Shown here one piece after another: positions 8,934-18,607 of a stretch of DNA of 45,046 bases. Each line of letters opens with the position of its first letter. The first letter of the stretch is position 1. Under the pieces are notes generated by a model that saw only the letters and a list, made by a program, of their open reading frames with translations, made no database searches and was not told the DNA's origin. Where the stretch lies: IMG/VR virus record IMGVR_UViG_3300032001_000013, positions 1-45,046 of that record; one strand, given 5' to 3'. A program made the position numbers and the translations under genes. This stretch comes from a virus. Taxonomy: Duplodnaviria; Caudoviricetes.

Positions 8934-9370
8934 GCCTCAAGACCCTGCTCGGGCTCGTCCTGGCGGCGTTCCTGGCCATCGGCGGCTCGCTGCTCGCCGC
9001 GGGGTCCGCCAGCGCGTCCCAGGTCAGCAACCCGGCGGACAACACGCACTTCGCCCTGAAGTATGACGCGGGCACGTCGGTGCCCGGTCACGTGGTGCAC
9101 TGGGACTGCGCGGGCGAGCGCATCAACAACAACGGCCAGGGCATCCGCGACGTCGAGGAGTGCACCCTGACCGGCAACACCGGGGACTACGTGCCCGGCC
9201 GTTACGGCAGCCTGGGCCTGCCGCCGAACCCGAACTTCGGCCCGTTCCCCGGCTTCCCGGGGAACAACAGCTTCTTCTGGTTCAGCGACTTCGACGGCAA
9301 GATCGCCGTTACCTGGAGCGTCGTGATCAACGGCGCATCCAGCCATGCCCATGTCGACGCGACCTACTGA
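8930..9370 (+). CDS. Secreted protein
   Basis: Signal peptide ending SASA; GTGA overlap. Confidence 0.8.
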   Translation: MSLKTLLGLVLAAFLAIGGSLLAAGSASASQVSNPADNTHFALKYDAGTSVPGHVVHWDCAGERINNNGQGIRDVEECTLTGNTGDYVPGRYGSLGLPPNPNFGPFPGFPGNNSFFWFSDFDGKIAVTWSVVINGASSHAHVDATY

Positions 9371-9383
9371 CAAGGAGGCAACG

Positions 9384-9755
9384 ATGCCAGCTCTCATCCA
9401 GCAGAGCTTCGATAAGCCCGAGGAGACGCGGCCCTTCGACCCGCCGCAGTCCGGCCACCTGGACCTGGTGGCAGGCGGCCAGGTGGGCCGGGCCGAGTTC
9501 GCCCCGGGCTGGCGGTGGAGCACCAACGTGCGGCCGATCGCCGGCGGCAACAGCTGCCAGCAGGCGCACGTCGGCTACTTCATCCAGGGCCAGATGACCG
9601 TCCGGGCCGATGACGGCACGGAGGTCACCTACGGGCCCGGCGACTACGCCGAGATGGCCCCCGGGCACAACGCCTGGGTGCCCGAGGACCAGGACGGGCC
9701 CACCGTGGTCATCGACTGGACCGGCTTCACCACCTACGCCCAGCCCCAGGGCTAG
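9384..9755 (+). CDS. Cupin domain protein
   Basis: PGWRWS, CQQAHVG, PGHNAWV cupin motifs; RBS AAGGAGG. Confidence 0.9.
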   Translation: MPALIQQSFDKPEETRPFDPPQSGHLDLVAGGQVGRAEFAPGWRWSTNVRPIAGGNSCQQAHVGYFIQGQMTVRADDGTEVTYGPGDYAEMAPGHNAWVPEDQDGPTVVIDWTGFTTYAQPQG

Positions 9756-9767
9756 GCACCCGAGAGC

Positions 9768-9799
9768 GAGCGCCCCGGTCACCCGCAACCGGGGCGCTC
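9768..9799 (+). terminator. Hairpin/terminator
   Basis: 12-bp stem GAGCGCCCCGGT / ACCGGGGCGCTC. Confidence 0.6.
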
Positions 9800-9852
9800 C
9801 GCCATGTCCGGACAGATTCCCCGTGATCTCCCCGTGACTTGACATGCAGTGC

Positions 9853-9867
9853 TAGGTTTATTGATAT
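9853..9867 (+). promoter_or_regulatory. Phage promoter motif TANNNT-N2-3-TTGAYA (representative copy)
   Basis: Copies at 4483, 5028, 5919, 6674, 7889, 8422, 9853, 11252, 15090, 16881, 24481, 32752, 34492 (+) and 563, 26910, 30033, 37478 (-). Confidence 0.8.
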
Positions 9868-9890
9868 TGACCGACCAAGCGGGAGAACGG

Positions 9891-11249
9891 ATGAGAACCG
9901 AGACGGAGATCGTTGCCGCCATGAGAGCGGCGGCGCAGCCAGGACGGCTGCGCCTGAGCAGGCAGGTCACCGCGCAGCTGCGGGGCCTGACCGATGAGCT
10001 GGCGGCAGCCCGGCCGGCCTCGGCGCAGGAGTACGCGCGGTTCCTGGCCATCGGCCGCCGCGGCATGGTCCTGCCCGAGGCGGAGCTGGCCGGCCGGATC
10101 CGGCATGCCACCATCCTGGTGACCGGCGGGACCGGCTGCATCGGCACTGAGCTGATCCGCCAGCTGGCTGAGCGGCGGTCGGGCCTGGGCTGCCTGGTCA
10201 GCGTCAGCCGCGGCATCACCAGCGGCTACCCGCGTCACCCTGAAGTCAAGTACCGGCATGCCGACATCTGCGATCGCGCTGCCATGAATGAGCTGATGGC
10301 CGAGATCAGGCCCGATCTGGTCTTCCACGTGGCGGGCCAGCGCGACCCGGGCCTGGCCGAGACCGAGGTGCACCGCACCGTGACCACCAACGTGCTCGGC
10401 ACCCGCGCCGTGCTGGTCGCGGCGGTACGGGCCGGCGTCCCCCAGGTGGTGTGCTGCTCGACCGGCAAGGCACTGCGGCCGTACTCCCCTGACGTGTACA
10501 CGGCATCCAAGCGCGCGGCCGAGTGGGTCGCCTCGGGCGTGGCCGCTGCCACCCCCATGCTGGTCTCGGCCAGCCGGTTCACGCACGTGATGGACAACTC
10601 GATCATCTGCCGGAAGCTGTGGCGCTGGGCGGAGGCCGGCCGTGCCATGCGGCTGCACGACCCCGGTATCGCGTTCTACGTCCAGTCGGCCCGGGAGTCC
10701 GCCCAGCTGCTGCTGCTGGCGGTCCTGGAGGCCCGCCGGGGCGAGTTCCGGGTCAACGCCCTGACCGATCTCGGCTGGCCGGTGAGCCTGCTGGACGTCG
10801 CGCTGGGGACGCGGGCGGCGGCAGGCCCGGAGTCGCCGGTCTACTTCAGCGGCTACGACCGCGGGTACGAGGAGACCCCGTTCCCGGGCCTGTACGACCC
10901 GCTGACCGCGGGCGGGGTGAGCCCGCTGCTGAACATGTTCGAGGCCGCCGCGAAGACGGGCTGGGCCGAGGGCCAGGCCGACACGTTCCGGCTGGGCTTC
11001 GCGCCCGACCGGCAGGCCCTCAAGCGGCTGGCCGTGCTCGCCGAGGTCTGCGGCAGCACCACGAACCCGGGGCTTGCCCGGGGCTGCCTCGATGAGCTGT
11101 CCTGGGCGCTGCTGTCCGCGGCCACGCGGGCGGTCCCGCCCGCGCTGCTGGCCCGCTCGGCCAAGATGGCCCGGCAGCAGGAGCCGCTGAGCGACGTGCA
11201 CCGCCGCGTCCTGGAGGTTATCGAGTCAGCGACCGGTGTATTCGGGTAA
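9891..11249 (+). CDS. CapD-like NAD-dependent nucleotide-sugar epimerase/dehydratase (polysaccharide biosynthesis)
   Basis: ILVTGGTGCIG Rossmann motif, VFHVA, NVLGT, STGKA, YTASK. Confidence 0.85.
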   Translation: MRTETEIVAAMRAAAQPGRLRLSRQVTAQLRGLTDELAAARPASAQEYARFLAIGRRGMVLPEAELAGRIRHATILVTGGTGCIGTELIRQLAERRSGLGCLVSVSRGITSGYPRHPEVKYRHADICDRAAMNELMAEIRPDLVFHVAGQRDPGLAETEVHRTVTTNVLGTRAVLVAAVRAGVPQVVCCSTGKALRPYSPDVYTASKRAAEWVASGVAAATPMLVSASRFTHVMDNSIICRKLWRWAEAGRAMRLHDPGIAFYVQSARESAQLLLLAVLEARRGEFRVNALTDLGWPVSLLDVALGTRAAAGPESPVYFSGYDRGYEETPFPGLYDPLTAGGVSPLLNMFEAAAKTGWAEGQADTFRLGFAPDRQALKRLAVLAEVCGSTTNPGLARGCLDELSWALLSAATRAVPPALLARSAKMARQQEPLSDVHRRVLEVIESATGVFG

Positions 11250-11290
11250 GCTAGGTTCATTGATATTCATTCACCCGAGGGGGACTACTC

Positions 11291-12634
11291 ATGACTGCCG
11301 CGCCGGGGCGACCCTGGGCTGAGGGCGAGCCTGCCCACCAGTTCCAGGTACCCGCGTACCAGCCGCCCGCCCATCTCCTGGGCCCGTTCCGCGTTCCCGA
11401 CGACACCAGCACCCAGGTCATGCCCGCCTGGCGGCCCGAGGAGACCGTCACGGCGCCGCTGCCGCTGGGCCAGCCCGAGCCGGTCCCGGCGCCGCGGCGC
11501 AACCGGATCATCGCCCTGGTGCCCGTGCACAACGGGGAAGCGGACCTGGCCCCGGCCATCGAGGCGCTGCTGGCCCAGACCCGCCCGCTGGACGAGATCA
11601 TCATCATCTCCGACAACTCGACAGACGGCACCGTGGCGGTCGCGAGCCGCTACCCGGTGACGGTGATCGAGTCGGCAGGCAACAGGTACCGCAAGTCCGG
11701 CGCGCTGAACCAGGCCTGGCGCAAGTACGCCCAGGACGCCGACTACGTGGTGTGCATCGACGATGACACCCGGCTGCCGCCGTTTGCGGTGGAGCACTTC
11801 GAGGCCGAGATGACCGAGGATCCCGGGGTAGGTGGCATCTCCTGCCAGGTGGTGATGCGGGGCAGCAGCATCCTGAGCCGGATCCAGCGGGCCGAGTTCG
11901 CGCAGAGCACGGTGCTGAGCCGGAACCGGGGCTGGGTCCGGGTCATCTCGGGCACCGGCTGCATCTTCCGCAACGAGGCGCTGCGCGAGGCCGCCCTGCT
12001 CCCGGGCCAGGAGGGCCCGTGGACCTACCGCAGCGTGGTCGAGGACTACCACCTGACCTTCCAGCTGCGCAAGCTGGGCTGGCTGTGCATCATGAGCAAG
12101 GACGTGTGGTGCGACACCGGCAGCATGCCCTCGGTGAAGGCGCTGTGGCACCAGCGGGTCAAGTGGCAGTCCGGCACGATCGGCGACCTGATCAACTTCG
12201 GCTTCAACCGGATGAACTGGCGCGAGTGGATGCAGCAGTTCTACGGCCTGATCTGCGTGGCCTTCTGGATCCTGTGGATCTCGCTGAACGGGACCGCCTG
12301 GGCCCTGGGCGGGCTGCACCCGAACATCTGGTGGGTCATCTTCCCGGCGATCTTCGCGGGGACCGAGTGCTTCTACGCCTGGCACATCCACGGCCGCGAC
12401 TGGAAGGACATGCTGCTGGCCGTCTCCATGGTCAAGATGATGATCTACACCTTCCTGTGCATGGGCTGGAACCTGGCCAGCTGGTGGATCATCCTGCGCG
12501 GCAAGCAGAAGGACCTGTGGGCTGCCCAGTACGTCGCCGACGGGACAGACAAGGTACTAGGGGAGGGAATGAGCGATGCCGGACCTGCCAGCGAAGAGGA
12601 CCGTCGTCCCGCGCCGCAGGCGCTATGCCGTTAG
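11291..12634 (+). CDS. Processive GT2 glycosyltransferase (cellulose/PNAG synthase-like)
   Basis: PVHN, DNSTD, KSGALN, DDD, VED, QRVKW (QxxRW-like) and C-terminal TM helices. Confidence 0.9.
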   Translation: MTAAPGRPWAEGEPAHQFQVPAYQPPAHLLGPFRVPDDTSTQVMPAWRPEETVTAPLPLGQPEPVPAPRRNRIIALVPVHNGEADLAPAIEALLAQTRPLDEIIIISDNSTDGTVAVASRYPVTVIESAGNRYRKSGALNQAWRKYAQDADYVVCIDDDTRLPPFAVEHFEAEMTEDPGVGGISCQVVMRGSSILSRIQRAEFAQSTVLSRNRGWVRVISGTGCIFRNEALREAALLPGQEGPWTYRSVVEDYHLTFQLRKLGWLCIMSKDVWCDTGSMPSVKALWHQRVKWQSGTIGDLINFGFNRMNWREWMQQFYGLICVAFWILWISLNGTAWALGGLHPNIWWVIFPAIFAGTECFYAWHIHGRDWKDMLLAVSMVKMMIYTFLCMGWNLASWWIILRGKQKDLWAAQYVADGTDKVLGEGMSDAGPASEEDRRPAPQALCR

Positions 12635-13697
12635 CGCGGCCCTGGGGACCGTGGCAGCGGCCGTGCTGGGCCTGGCGCTCTGGTCGATGGCCGGCGTGAC
12701 CGCGGCCTACCGCGGGGTGACCCCGGCCGCCGCGGCAGCGGCAGCGCCCGCGCCCCGGCCGCTGGTGATCTACCACGCGCCGTTCGTCAGGTACGAGAGG
12801 GCCAGGGCCGTGCCGGTGCTGGTCTACCACGAGATGAACAACGGCTGCGCGCCCTCGGCGCCGGTCTGCAAGGCGGCCGACCCGGAGACGGTGAGCACCG
12901 CCCAGTTCCGGGCCGAGATGGCCTACATGTTCAGCCGCGGCTACCACACCGTCACCATGGCGCAGTACCAGGCCTGGCTGGGCAACCGCAAGACGAGGCT
13001 GCCGTCCAGGCCGTTCCTGATCACGGCGGACAACGGCATCTGGAGCTTCCTGTCCGGGGCCCAGCCGGTCCTGGCGGGCTACGGCTACACCGCCGTGGCC
13101 GCGGTCGTGACCGGGTTCGCCGACGGGGCTGGCGGGCACTGCGCGCCGCGGATCGGCGGGGTCAGCGTCCAGCCGGGCTGCCCGCGGGACAACGCCGGCT
13201 GGGATGCCACCTGGGCCCAGCTCCGGTCGCTCGACCCGAGGGTGTGGGAGTTCATCCTGGAGGCCGGGCCGTCCGGCCACTACGTCCAGGATTACGACCC
13301 GCACTGCCGGATGTTCGACGCCTGCCTGCTGCCCGGCGAGACCGTGGCGCAGTACCAGGTCCGCCTGGCGGCCGAGCTGGGCGGCGGCGAGACGGCGCTG
13401 GCTGCCCGCCTGGGCAGCCGCGTGAACCCCGGCGGCTGGGTGGTCCCCTACAGCGACCTGGGCTACCCGCGCTGCGCGCAGGGCGACTGCACGCCGCAGG
13501 ACGCCACGATCCCGCAGGGCTACCTGGTGAATTACGCCGATGCTCACTTCCGGGCCGTCTTCGTCGAGGATGCTTCCCGCAATGCCATCGGCCACGAGCG
13601 GTTCCGGTTCGACGTCAACGGCCCGGACACCGAGGCCTCATTCCAGAGCCAGCTGGCGGCTTTCACCGCCGCGGGCGCATTCGACAGGAGCAGGTAA
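12576..13697 (+). CDS. Polysaccharide deacetylase-like secreted/anchored protein
   Basis: VPVLVYHE, GYHTVT, FLITADNG (TFDDG-like); N-terminal TM. Confidence 0.75.
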   Translation: MPDLPAKRTVVPRRRRYAVSAALGTVAAAVLGLALWSMAGVTAAYRGVTPAAAAAAAPAPRPLVIYHAPFVRYERARAVPVLVYHEMNNGCAPSAPVCKAADPETVSTAQFRAEMAYMFSRGYHTVTMAQYQAWLGNRKTRLPSRPFLITADNGIWSFLSGAQPVLAGYGYTAVAAVVTGFADGAGGHCAPRIGGVSVQPGCPRDNAGWDATWAQLRSLDPRVWEFILEAGPSGHYVQDYDPHCRMFDACLLPGETVAQYQVRLAAELGGGETALAARLGSRVNPGGWVVPYSDLGYPRCAQGDCTPQDATIPQGYLVNYADAHFRAVFVEDASRNAIGHERFRFDVNGPDTEASFQSQLAAFTAAGAFDRSR

Positions 13698-13834
13698 TGC
13701 TGTGGCTGGGCGCGATCATCTCGCAGAAATTGCAGCTGGTCATCACGGTGGTCACCATCGTCATCGTGGTCGGCGCGCTGATCCCCAAGCCCCGCCGCCT
13801 GCGGCGGGACCCGGCCGCCCGGCGCCGTGCTTAG
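13697..13834 (+). CDS. Small membrane protein
   Basis: TAATG overlap; hydrophobic stretch. Confidence 0.6.
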   Translation: MLWLGAIISQKLQLVITVVTIVIVVGALIPKPRRLRRDPAARRRA

Positions 13835-14396
13835 GCGGGCGGTGCCCGCCGTCCTCGTGCTGGCCCTGGCAGGCTGCGCGAGCAGCCAGCTGAGCACGCA
13901 CCCGGCGGCGGCTACTGCCCATCCGGCCGCGCAGGCCAGCCCGCCGTCCATGCAGCTGGCCGCGGAGACCAGCGTGGGCACCGGCCCGCTGGCCCAGCGG
14001 TGGGCGGCGGCCATCCTGGCGGCGCTGCGCGCCCCGGCGGGCAACGCGGTCGACGTCACCTCGATGATCGCCTGGTTCACCGCGGAGGATGACGGCCACC
14101 CCGCCGGGCAGCGGGCCTACGGGGCCGGCGGGAACAACCCGCTCAACCTGACTGCCTACTCCGGTGACCTGCCCGGGGTCACCGGCACCGAGCCCTCGGG
14201 CGCCGGGCCCGGCCACCCGGGCAACCTGGACTTCGACACCCCGGCGCACGGCGTGGCCGCGACTGCCTGGGTGATCATGGTCAAGTACCCGGCGATCGCC
14301 AGGGCCCTGATCTCGGGCCGGGGCCTGCTGGACAATCCTGCCGTCGCCGCGGCGCTGCTGGAGTGGTCTGGACACGGGTATAGCGGTCTGCGCTAG
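13827..14396 (+). CDS. Lipoprotein with putative lysozyme-like domain
   Basis: Lipobox LAGC; W...E...NNPLN domain paralogous to 14407..15018. Confidence 0.7.
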   Translation: MLRRAVPAVLVLALAGCASSQLSTHPAAATAHPAAQASPPSMQLAAETSVGTGPLAQRWAAAILAALRAPAGNAVDVTSMIAWFTAEDDGHPAGQRAYGAGGNNPLNLTAYSGDLPGVTGTEPSGAGPGHPGNLDFDTPAHGVAATAWVIMVKYPAIARALISGRGLLDNPAVAAALLEWSGHGYSGLR

Positions 14397-14406
14397 GATT
14401 TTAGAC

Positions 14407-15018
14407 ATGACGACGCCAATCAGCGGCACCCTCACGATAGGCACCACCACCTACACGCTCAGCGGCACGCTGACCCCGGCGTCGGCACCGGCTCCCGCAC
14501 CGGCTCCCGCGCCTACGCCGACGCCGACGCCGACGCCTGCGCCGGCGCCCGCCGCCCCGCCGTTCCTGCCCGCGCTGACTGCCATCGGCACGGGGACCCA
14601 GGCTACGGCCTGGGCCCAGGCGATTTTGTCCGTGCTCGGCGCCCCGCTCAACACTCCCAATGTCAACTCGCTGATCTCCTGGTTCGCCCACGAGGACAAC
14701 AACGGGGCGTGGGGCGCTCCTGCTGACGGCGCGGGCCAGAACAACCCGCTCAACGTCACCTCGTACTCCGGCTCGTTCCCCGGCGTCACCGGCTCGGAGC
14801 CGTCCGGCGCAGGTCCCGGCCACCCGGGCAACTACAACTTCGACACGCCTGCCCACGGCGTCTCGGCCATGACCACGGTGATCAAGAACTACGGAGCCAT
14901 CCACGGCGCGCTGATGTCCGGCGTCGGCCTGATCGGCAACCCCGCGGTCTCGGCCAACCTGAGCACCTGGTCCGGCGGCGGGTACTCGTCCCTGGACTGG
15001 CCGCCCACGGCGCCCTAG
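14407..15018 (+). CDS. Putative lysozyme-like protein with PA/PT linker
   Basis: (PA)n(PT)n linker, then paralog of the preceding domain. Confidence 0.75.
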   Translation: MTTPISGTLTIGTTTYTLSGTLTPASAPAPAPAPAPTPTPTPTPAPAPAAPPFLPALTAIGTGTQATAWAQAILSVLGAPLNTPNVNSLISWFAHEDNNGAWGAPADGAGQNNPLNVTSYSGSFPGVTGSEPSGAGPGHPGNYNFDTPAHGVSAMTTVIKNYGAIHGALMSGVGLIGNPAVSANLSTWSGGGYSSLDWPPTAP

Positions 15019-15048
15019 ATGTGACGGCCGCATGCGAGCCGCCGTTAA

Positions 15049-15082
15049 CAACCGTCCCGGGACCGACGCCCCGGGACGGTTG
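15049..15082 (+). terminator. Hairpin/terminator
   Basis: 13-bp stem CAACCGTCCCGGG / CCCGGGACGGTTG. Confidence 0.6.
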
Positions 15083-15247
15083 CATGTTCTAGCATCATTG
15101 ATATGAGCGTAGACCGACGGCTCCCTCACGGTGAGCGACGACGACCGGCAGACGGCAAGCATGAGCCACGGCACGCAGGCGAGCCGCCCTGGTGGCTGAG
15201 ATGGTTCCCGAGGCCCCAGGCCCGGAAGGCCCGCAGGAGGGCCGCAG

Positions 15248-15502
15248 ATGAGCGCTGAGAGCCCCGGAGAGCCTTTCCAGGGCCTGGGCATCCCCGACAC
15301 GGTGCCGCCGCCCTGGGCCTTCACAGAGCGCTGGCGCGAGGCGATTGCCGGGATCCTGCGGCCGATGGCCGACAAGGGCGTGATCGAGCCCGACTGGGAG
15401 GTGTCAGGCCGGTGGGACGAGGCCACCCGGAGCCATCAGATGGTCATCAGGATCCGGGTGATCATCGCCCCGCCGGATGACCCTAGCCCAGCAGGTAGCT
15501 GA
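15248..15502 (+). CDS. Hypothetical protein
   Basis: RBS AGGAGG. Confidence 0.65.
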   Translation: MSAESPGEPFQGLGIPDTVPPPWAFTERWREAIAGILRPMADKGVIEPDWEVSGRWDEATRSHQMVIRIRVIIAPPDDPSPAGS

Positions 15503-16238
15503 AGACCGGCCCGGCGACGGACACGCGCCCGGCCTCGGCCCGGTTGGCGCGGACCCGGGCCTGGTGCACCGCGCCGATCAGCCTCTCGCACCGCTCGATC
15601 AGCGCGAGCTTGTCCTCGCGGGACAGCGCGCCGGAGAACCGGGTGATCTCCCACACGCCCGTGCGCTTCTCGTCGGGCACGGCCTGGGCCTGGCCGGCCT
15701 GGTACTGGGTCGGCTCGATCAGCACCAGGGACTTCAGCCCCTTCTCGACCCGCAGCCGCTGCTCGGGGTGGCGGCTGCGGAAGGAGCCGTCGTCCTCGTC
15801 CCAGTCCCACAGCTCGGACGGGTCGCGCACCTGGAGGGCCCGGAAGAAGCCCAGGACCTGGCCCAGCTGGTGCTCCAGCGGCAGCAGGTAGGTGACCGGC
15901 ACGTCGCGCAGCAGCGGCACCTGGTCCTCCTCGTCGAGCACGACGTCCGCGGTGGCCGCGGTGTTCGCGTACTCCTTGGCCGCGGACAGGTCCAGGGCAG
16001 GGGTCAGCACCCGGGCCAGCTCGGCCAGGATCTCCGGGGTGCGCTCCTGGAGCACCTCGGTCTTCTCCGGCTGGCTGTGCAGGCCCTCCGGGTCGTGCTG
16101 GTCATGCTTGTAGACCTGGCTGAAGCCGGCGAACAGCTCCTTGCGCTGGACGCGCCTGAGCAGCTCCTCGCGCTGCTTGTCAGCACTCTGGCGGGCCGTC
16201 TTCTCGACGGCGACGACCTCGCCCAGGGTCTGGGTCAT
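15483..16238 (-). CDS. Conserved actinobacterial/phage protein (DUF7873-like)
   Basis: L.EVVAVEK, AN..A.ADV, VPVTYLL.LE.QL, G.W....FSGAL, AV..AR..AN, VF.YL pattern recalled for this family; RBS GAGGAGG. Confidence 0.75.
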   Translation of the reverse strand: MTQTLGEVVAVEKTARQSADKQREELLRRVQRKELFAGFSQVYKHDQHDPEGLHSQPEKTEVLQERTPEILAELARVLTPALDLSAAKEYANTAATADVVLDEEDQVPLLRDVPVTYLLPLEHQLGQVLGFFRALQVRDPSELWDWDEDDGSFRSRHPEQRLRVEKGLKSLVLIEPTQYQAGQAQAVPDEKRTGVWEITRFSGALSREDKLALIERCERLIGAVHQARVRANRAEAGRVSVAGPVFSYLLG

Positions 16239-16260
16239 GAATGCCTCCTCGGGGCACAGG

Positions 16261-16632
16261 GAGGACCCGGCACTTCTCCATGTGCCGGGCCCTCGGGTTT
16301 TTGTAGACCTACTCCACAGGTAGGTGCCTTATGAAGGGCGTCTACGCAGAACCTGTCAGCTGCCAGCCGCATCCACGGGCGCACTTCATCCTGAAGCCGG
16401 GCCGACTTCTCGTTGGTCCACCGCGGCACGCGGAGCCGCGGGCGGGAATCAAACCCGCATCTGCCCGAGCGGTGCGCGCCCCATCGACTATGCAGCGCGG
16501 GCTCAAGTCTCGGCTTGTGAGCAGAACAGCCTTCGCCTGACCGCGCGCCGGGCACCCGGGGCTCCCGCCCCTGGTATCCCGCCTTTGTGCGCGCATGTCC
16601 ATCTGATCCTCAGCCTTAGCTTGTGCTCGCCT
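16261..16632 (-). ncRNA. Structured ncRNA with circularly permuted tRNA-like domain (YrlA/Y-RNA-like)
   Basis: On -: T-arm GCGGG-TTTGATT-CCCGC (16458-16442), loop-closed 7-bp acceptor stem CCGCGGC/GCCGCGG, D-arm GAC..GTC, extended anticodon-type stem; extended -10 TGGTAAATT at about 16640; terminal 13-bp hairpin 16261-16294. Confidence 0.7.
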
Positions 16633-17228
16633 GAAATTTACCACGGACGGCCTACGGCGCCTACGGATTATTGATAACGTCGGGGCTCGTCGGGAGCACG
16701 AGCGGCTGCGCAGGCGCGGCGTGTGACCGGACGACAGCGGGCCGGCCCTGGCGCCGCGGAGGACACCGGGCCCCGAAGTCCCGGGCCCAAGGACCTGCCA
16801 GGCGTCCGGCCCGCTGCCGTGCCCGCCGGGCCTCCCGGTGAGACTCTCACTGAGACTCTCGCAAATCCCCTTTCATGTTCTAGCTTCCTTGATAAACTCT
16901 TGCGTGCCGGGCAAATCTGCCAGGTGGCAGATCGCCACGGGCAGATTGCCGGCCAGCCGGGGCCCCTGGTATGAGCCTGGGCCCCGGTTGTCCATGTCCC
17001 TCAGGGAAGGACCCCGATGCACAACCCGAATGGCGCGTCCAACGGCATGGTGTTCTTCGGCACGGAACTGGCAGACCTCCGCCGGAACAGCTGCATAGGC
17101 GGTGTCGTCATGAGCACGATGACCGCGGACCCGATGCCGCGCCAGTTCTGACCTGCTGACGGAGAAGGCCCGGCCGCCCGGCCGGGCCTGATCCTTGCCT
17201 GCCCCCGGAAGCATGGAGGAGGCAGGCC

Positions 17229-17672
17229 GTGTCGTTTCCAGTGATCCCGCCCGACACCCGGGCTCCCGGGTACACGGGCCACATCAGTGACCACAACGCG
17301 ATCAGCGACTCGCTGAGCGCGCACCAGTCGGCTCTCACCAACCTCCAGGCGTCGGTGCTCGCCGGCATCCTGCCCTCCTCGCAGCAGACCGTGAGCTACA
17401 CGCTGTCGCTGACCGACCTGGGCACCGTGGTCGAGATGAACTCGGGCGCCGCCGTCTCGGTCATCATCCCGCCCTCATCCCAGACGGGGTTCCCGGTCGG
17501 CGCCATCATCTGGGTCTGCGCGACCGGCACCGGCACCGTGACGGTCGCTGCCGGGACCGGGGTCACCCTGCTGTCGGCCGGCGGGCACGTGAACATCTCG
17601 GCCCAGTACGCCGAGGCCAGGCTGCGCCAGCGGATCCTGAACACCTGGATCCTGACGGGGAGCCTCGCATGA
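17229..17672 (+). CDS. Virion structural protein (tail/head fibre-associated)
   Basis: YTL..TD.G, FPVG..I, G.V.V.AG.GVTL, W.L.G.L pattern common in phage structural proteins. Confidence 0.7.
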   Translation: MSFPVIPPDTRAPGYTGHISDHNAISDSLSAHQSALTNLQASVLAGILPSSQQTVSYTLSLTDLGTVVEMNSGAAVSVIIPPSSQTGFPVGAIIWVCATGTGTVTVAAGTGVTLLSAGGHVNISAQYAEARLRQRILNTWILTGSLA

Positions 17673-18487
17673 CCACGCCCGTCCTCCCGCCCGCGAACCC
17701 GGCGATCGGCGCCTCCGGGCACACCGCCGACCACGCCACGATCACCCAGATGCTGGCCTGGCTGGAGCAGCAGGTCCAGGGCCTGGAGGGCACGGGCGCG
17801 GCCTTCCTGCTGGCCGGCGGCAACGTCAGCGCCATCCCGGGCACCGCGACGAACCTGGCCACGGTCACCGTCCAGGCCGGGAACCGGGACGGCTCGCCGG
17901 ACATCCTGGACTTCTACTACGGGTCCCAGAAGATCTACAGCCTGAACAGCTACGGCGAGCCGCGGATCACCGCCGCCGCGCTGGGCCACGTGGCCATGAT
18001 CATCTACGCCCTGTCCGGACAGACCGCGGACTGCTGGCAGGTCCTGTCCTCCGCGCTGGCCGTCCTGGCCCGGGTCGGCCCCGACGGGTCCGCGAGCTTC
18101 GCCGGGCCGGTCTCCCGCCAGCTGGCCACCGGGCCCGCCCAGTGGGTGCACCCGGCGCTCCAGTCGGGCTGGGTGAACTACGCCGGCCGCACCCTGGCGA
18201 TGAAGCTGACCAATGACAACATGGTCGTCGTCACCGGCCAGATCGTGCCCGGCCAGACCTCCGACGGCACGCCCGTGGCCGCGCTGCCGTCCGGGTACGC
18301 CCCGCTGTACCGGCCAGAGGCCATCCAGGTCAGCCAGACCAAGGTCATGTCGGCCGGCTCGTACAACGGCACGTACCTGGAGGCCGAGCCCGGCGGCAAT
18401 CTCCAGCTGTACTCCTACGGGACGCTGCTCGGCCAGAGCGGCGGGCACGTGGTGGTCAGCGGCCGGTACCCGCTGGACGCGCAGTGA
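17669..18487 (+). CDS. Putative tail fibre/minor tail protein
   Basis: C-terminal L.SGW, LPSGYAP fibre-tip-like motifs; shares the GH..DH..I N-terminal motif with the upstream gene. Confidence 0.7.
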   Translation: MTTPVLPPANPAIGASGHTADHATITQMLAWLEQQVQGLEGTGAAFLLAGGNVSAIPGTATNLATVTVQAGNRDGSPDILDFYYGSQKIYSLNSYGEPRITAAALGHVAMIIYALSGQTADCWQVLSSALAVLARVGPDGSASFAGPVSRQLATGPAQWVHPALQSGWVNYAGRTLAMKLTNDNMVVVTGQIVPGQTSDGTPVAALPSGYAPLYRPEAIQVSQTKVMSAGSYNGTYLEAEPGGNLQLYSYGTLLGQSGGHVVVSGRYPLDAQ

Positions 18488-18607
18488 TGCCCTGCGAGTA
18501 CTGCGGCTGGCCGTTCGACCCGGTTGCCACCCGCTGGCTGTGCCCGCGGTGCGGGCGCAAGCACGACTGCTGCGAGGGGTCGGCCTCAGAAGGGTTAGGA
18601 GGCCTCC

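Noticed and set aside
16398-16467. Canonical tRNA gene
   Set aside because: Arms are in permuted order, with no anticodon loop and no free CCA end
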